A DNA stretch of 64,000 nucleotides from Candidatus Daviesbacteria bacterium. Its GTDB lineage: Bacteria; Patescibacteriota; Microgenomatia; Daviesbacterales; UBA10151. Positions 60,317 through 64,000 of this stretch are shown here, one piece after another; within the stretch, counting starts at the first letter, position 1, and each line of letters begins with the position of its first letter. Location: contig JAQTZF010000001.1 of assembly GCA_028687915.1 (NCBI GenBank), positions 1,966 to 65,965 on the forward strand, in the 5' to 3' direction. Position numbers and translations under genes: made by a program. The notes below the pieces were generated by a model. The model was not told the origin of the DNA and made no database searches. It saw only the letters and a program-made list of their open reading frames with translations.

Positions 60317-61174
60317 ATGTCTAAGAAAATATTAATTTTACCAATTATTATGGTTTTAATCGCTGCCTTTTTGGGTGGCTATTTTTTACTTTTTAAACAA
60401 ACTCCTCTCCCTGCTATTCAAACCACTTCTCCTAATATTTTATATTTAACAAACCCTATAACTTCTTTTTCAGGAAAAATAGAAGCTGTTAGCGGAAATA
60501 TCATTACAGTAAACCGAGAAATAAATTTACCACAACCAAACCAGGGGTTATTAAACAAAGCTACATCTAAAAAAATTACTTATAAAATCCTGATTGGGAA
60601 AAATACCGTTATCAGTAAAATCACAAGCAAGGTACCTTACCTCTTTAAGTCGCCTGTTGCTACAGCATCAAATTCTGTAAATAAGCAATTAACTAATAAG
60701 GATCTGCAGATTGGTCAAACTATATACGCAATATCTAATACAGACCTTCGCACTTTAACTGGCGACCAACTTGAAGCGTCTGTAATTGACATCTCGCCAA
60801 ATGAATTCTCTATTAATGGAAAAATCAATGCTATTAAAGGGAATGAATTAATCATTAGGGGCTCTGCTTCCACCCTCCTGTCTGAAATTGGAATAGTTCC
60901 CAATGCTATGCCACAAGAAAAAAACTACACTATAACGATTGATCAAAATACAGAAATATCAAACAGTATCGCATCAAATAATCCTGCCATACCTTCAAAA
61001 CCAGAAAAATATTTATTATCAGATCTTAAAAAAGACCAATTAGTAACAATTTATGCTGAAGGTGATATGAACACAGATCAAAAATTTATTTCATTAAGAG
61101 TTATTCCTTTTTTACCAAATCTTCCAACAGCTACTCCTCAAGCAACACAATCTAGCACACAAAAACCAAAATGA
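60317..61174 (+). CDS. Membrane-anchored hypothetical protein
   Basis: 285 aa with an N-terminal TM. No motif recognised. Confidence 0.45.
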   Translation: MSKKILILPIIMVLIAAFLGGYFLLFKQTPLPAIQTTSPNILYLTNPITSFSGKIEAVSGNIITVNREINLPQPNQGLLNKATSKKITYKILIGKNTVISKITSKVPYLFKSPVATASNSVNKQLTNKDLQIGQTIYAISNTDLRTLTGDQLEASVIDISPNEFSINGKINAIKGNELIIRGSASTLLSEIGIVPNAMPQEKNYTITIDQNTEISNSIASNNPAIPSKPEKYLLSDLKKDQLVTIYAEGDMNTDQKFISLRVIPFLPNLPTATPQATQSSTQKPK

Positions 61175-62130
61175 GTCTAAACAAAGTTTTACTTGGGTTA
61201 ATTCTATCTTTAATTATTTTTCCCACAGCTGCAAATGCAGAAATAGCTACTGTTGGTGATTGGATTGGACTTTTTAAACAGAGCGAGACAGGTAACTTAA
61301 AAAGTAATACCTACCAGCATTGTACAGGTTTAACTACTCAAGCTTGCTGGGTTTACACTAGCAACTGCACTCAAACAGTCGGCTCAAGCCCACAAATCAG
61401 CAGAAATGGCATTACTCCTAATCCTACTCCGTGTGCTTTTAACCTTAGCCCCACCCCAGCTCCTGGTGATTATTATGTTTTTCGAATGTACGCTAATAAT
61501 AAAGAAAGCGCTGATGCTGTAATTGCAACTTCAACTAACCCATTTTCTTTTGGTGCTGCTGCTACACCCACTCCTATTCCCGCTTCAGGAAAACTATATC
61601 GTATAACAGGACATTTAACTATAAATAGTGACATAACTGTAAATGAAACAGGAATTATTTTTGTAGATGGAAACCTTTATATAAATACTGATATAAAATC
61701 TCTTCCTTCTACTAGCACTACTACTCCCAATGCTAAAAAAGGACTTGTATTTATAGTTAAAGGGAGTATTTATATAAAACGTACCGTTGAAACAGTTAAT
61801 GCTTATTTAATAGCCAATGGAAAAGATAATACTGGCGCTGATATCAACCCACCATTTTGTAGTGCTTGGGACGGAACTACTCCTCCTGCATCAGACGGTA
61901 CAAATTGTGTAGATTTTCAAGATGCTGATAATGACACGCTGCGAAAAAAACTTACTATAAATGGTGCGGTAATTTCCTTAAATAACTCTATCTCACCTAA
62001 TTTTACCAGAAGAAAGTATGTTGCAGCCGGAGACGAACCCGCTGAAACAATAAATTTCGAACCAAAATACCTAGTTGTTTTAAAAGATATATTTTCAAGT
62101 GATGTAAAGGTTTGGAGAGAAGTTCAATGA
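61171..62130 (+). CDS. Secreted hypothetical protein
   Basis: 319 aa, signal peptide (LILSLIIFPTAANA). The start overlaps the upstream stop by 4 nt (ATGA), consistent with operon coupling. Confidence 0.45.
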   Translation: MSLNKVLLGLILSLIIFPTAANAEIATVGDWIGLFKQSETGNLKSNTYQHCTGLTTQACWVYTSNCTQTVGSSPQISRNGITPNPTPCAFNLSPTPAPGDYYVFRMYANNKESADAVIATSTNPFSFGAAATPTPIPASGKLYRITGHLTINSDITVNETGIIFVDGNLYINTDIKSLPSTSTTTPNAKKGLVFIVKGSIYIKRTVETVNAYLIANGKDNTGADINPPFCSAWDGTTPPASDGTNCVDFQDADNDTLRKKLTINGAVISLNNSISPNFTRRKYVAAGDEPAETINFEPKYLVVLKDIFSSDVKVWREVQ

Positions 62131-62148
62131 AAGTAAAGTCTTTAGACT

Positions 62149-62871
62149 TTACTTTCCAAAATTTCTTTTCTGTTCTTGATACCAAATAACGGCTTTTTTT
62201 AATTCTTCTGGTGTAAAATCAGGCCACAAAACTTTAGTAAAATATAATTCTGAATAAGCAGTTTGCCACAATAAAAAGTTTGAAAGCCTACTATAACCCC
62301 CTGTTCTAATAACTAAATCAGGATCTGCTTGTCCTGTTGTATATAAGTGTTTAGAAATTAATTCATCGTTAATTTTATTAACATCAATTCCTTCTTTAAT
62401 TAACTCTTTAATAGCTTCAACAATTTCTTTTTTTCCTCCATAATTTAAAGCAACATTTACTCTGATAGATTCATTCTTAATGTAAACTTTTTTTAAATTT
62501 TCAATTACTTTTCTAACAGAACTTGGCAAACCCTCCAACTCACCTAAAACATCCACCCTAACACCTTTTTCTGCAAGTTTCTTAACTTTACTTTTAAAGC
62601 CCCAGGTAATCAAATGAAAAAGTCCAGACATTTCCCTCTTTGCTCTCTCTTTTATGTTCTCAGTAGATAATGCGTAAACTGTTAAAGTTTTAACACCCAT
62701 TTGAGCTGCTGACGCTATTATATTTTCTAGAGTATCTGCTCCTGCTTCGTGCCCTTTACCTTCCGGCAAACCTCTTTGTCTCGCCCATCTACGATTTCCA
62801 TCCATAATAATGGCAATATGCTGGGGAATATTTTCCGCTGTCTCTGATTTCATATCTAGCAAGATTAACAA
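62149..62871 (-). CDS. uppS: Undecaprenyl-diphosphate synthase (cis-prenyltransferase)
   Basis: IAIIMDGNRRWA, LTVYALSTEN and RTGGYSRLSNFLLWQTAYSELYF are canonical UppS blocks. Confidence 0.9.
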   Translation of the reverse strand: MLILLDMKSETAENIPQHIAIIMDGNRRWARQRGLPEGKGHEAGADTLENIIASAAQMGVKTLTVYALSTENIKERAKREMSGLFHLITWGFKSKVKKLAEKGVRVDVLGELEGLPSSVRKVIENLKKVYIKNESIRVNVALNYGGKKEIVEAIKELIKEGIDVNKINDELISKHLYTTGQADPDLVIRTGGYSRLSNFLLWQTAYSELYFTKVLWPDFTPEELKKAVIWYQEQKRNFGK

Positions 62872-62910
62872 ATATTTTCATAAATCTCAATCCGCTGGTA
62901 CAATAGCTAA

Positions 62911-64000
62911 ATGAAAATTGCAATTTTAGGTGCAGGATTTACAGGATTAACAGCTGCATTAAAGCTGGCCCAAGATGGCCATGAAGTAACTATTTTTGAA
63001 AAAGAATCTATTGTAGGAGGTTTGGCTAGTGGTTTTAAGATAAAAGGATGGAATTGGTATTTAGATAAAACATACCATCACCTTTTCACTAATGATTCAT
63101 CAGCTATTAGCTTAGCAAGTACTGTCAATCAAAAACTAATTACAAAACGGCCAGAAACTGCGGTGTTAGTGAAGAATCAAATGTCTGCGTTTGATTCGCC
63201 AATTACATTAATAAAATTTTCAATACTACCTATTATTGATCGTCTCAGGGTTGGTGTTTGTACTTTTTATTTAAAATATATTACTTCTCCAAAATATATA
63301 AACCACCATTACGCACTTATTTGGCTCACAAAATTTATGGGAAAAAATGCAACAGAAATGATTTGGAATCCTCTTTTTGAAGGTAAGTTTGGTGCACAAA
63401 AACATATTATTTCTTTAACTTGGTTCTGGGCCAGAATTAAAAAAAGAACCCCTTCTTTAATATATCCTGAGGGAGGTTTCCAAACATTTGCAGAAAAAGT
63501 ACAAAGTGAAGCAGAAAAGCACAGGGTTAAATTTAACTTTAATTCTGAAATTTCCAACATCTCATCACTTAACACTAAGTTTGATAAAATCATTGTAACT
63601 TTACCTACGCAAGTTTTTAATAAAGTTGCTAAATTACCAATTGCCTATCAAAAAAAGCTTAACTCTATTCCTCATTTAAGTGCCCTAAATTTAATTTTAG
63701 TGCTAAAAAAACCATTTTTTATAAAAGAAACTTACTGGTTAAATATTACTGATCAATCCTTTCCTTTCTTAGTATTAGCCGAACACACAAACTTTATGGA
63801 GAAAAAATATTATAACAATCAACATATTTTATATATTGGCTGTTATTTACCAGAAAATCACCCTTACCTAAAGATGTCTTCCAAAAAACTTTTAAAATTA
63901 TTTGACCCCTATTTAAAAAAGATTAATTCCTCTTATTCTTCATCAATTATCACAAGTTATCTTTTTACTCACTCAAATGCCCAACCAATTGTTGCTCCGG
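62911..64000 (+). CDS. FAD/NAD(P)-binding oxidoreductase (amine-oxidase / protoporphyrinogen-oxidase-like), 3'-partial
   Basis: The ATG at 62911 gives MKIAILGAGFTGLTAALKLAQDGHEVTIFEKESIVGG, a dinucleotide-binding GxGxxG fold. The open frame appears to run to the window end. It is absent from the ORF track, presumably because no stop falls within the window. Confidence 0.55.
   Translation, partial: MKIAILGAGFTGLTAALKLAQDGHEVTIFEKESIVGGLASGFKIKGWNWYLDKTYHHLFTNDSSAISLASTVNQKLITKRPETAVLVKNQMSAFDSPITLIKFSILPIIDRLRVGVCTFYLKYITSPKYINHHYALIWLTKFMGKNATEMIWNPLFEGKFGAQKHIISLTWFWARIKKRTPSLIYPEGGFQTFAEKVQSEAEKHRVKFNFNSEISNISSLNTKFDKIIVTLPTQVFNKVAKLPIAYQKKLNSIPHLSALNLILVLKKPFFIKETYWLNITDQSFPFLVLAEHTNFMEKKYYNNQHILYIGCYLPENHPYLKMSSKKLLKLFDPYLKKINSSYSSSIITSYLFTHSNAQPIVAP

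Overview
This window comes from a low-GC bacterium that uses the standard genetic code. It most likely belongs to the CPR/Patescibacteria: it has giant LamG-repeat surface proteins, type IV pilins with class III signal peptides, minimal central metabolism (gap and pgk only) and a fragmented rRNA locus. All calls below rest on motifs I can read in the translations and on alignment from memory to E. coli rRNA; none has been checked against a database.

- **Adhesion island (1-11.7 kb):** two tandem paralogous ~1400-1600-aa proteins carrying a DUF2341-like N-domain followed by 7-8 LamG (concanavalin-like lectin) modules. A four-helix-bundle gene (23S-rRNA-IVS protein / Avd-like family) lies between them. 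A third DUF2341 protein follows, with poly-Gly/GGxGG repeats.
- **Transport and activation cluster (13.5-23.1 kb):** a NitT/TauT-type ABC importer with ATPase, permease and three paralogous NMT1/SsuA-like binding proteins, three PaaK/CapK-like adenylate-forming ligases and a SerC-like aminotransferase. The three ligases share a nucleotide-identical ~115-nt N-terminal block.
- **Glycosylation-type membrane proteins:** a DUF2723/GT-C protein with TPR repeats and a second polytopic protein, at 23.5-28.1 kb. An S1-domain protein follows.
- **Pilin genes (29.3-31.9 kb):** two type IV pilin-like genes, one fused to a LamG domain.
- **Fragmented rRNA locus, all on the minus strand:**
  - the 16S gene (43044-44515) stands alone and is followed by a bidirectional terminator;
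  - about 5.6 kb away lie tRNA-Ala and the 23S gene (33505-37165);
  - the 23S gene carries two ORF-less group-I-intron-like insertions at the canonical L2500 and ~L1950 sites;
  - the 5S gene (32045-32170) is separated from the 23S gene by a plus-strand MoaA/viperin-like radical-SAM gene.
  - tRNA-Ile(GAT) and tRNA-Cys(GCA) sit between the two rRNA blocks on the plus strand, next to the gap-pgk operon.
  - A conserved 22-23-nt hairpin recurs in both introns, the 16S leader and 16S V2, and shows compensatory covariation.
- **Distal region (44.9-64 kb):** secreted proteins and enzymes including
  - a 1410-aa NHL-repeat beta-propeller protein with a C-terminal dockerin;
  - a SpoU methyltransferase;
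  - two LysM paralogs, one with HExxH;
  - a Cys-rich protein with a perfect 93-nt tandem duplication;
  - RfbB;
  - a tail-fibre-like protein;
  - UppS;
  - a 3'-partial FAD oxidoreductase.

No CRISPR array, transposase or reverse transcriptase was seen.
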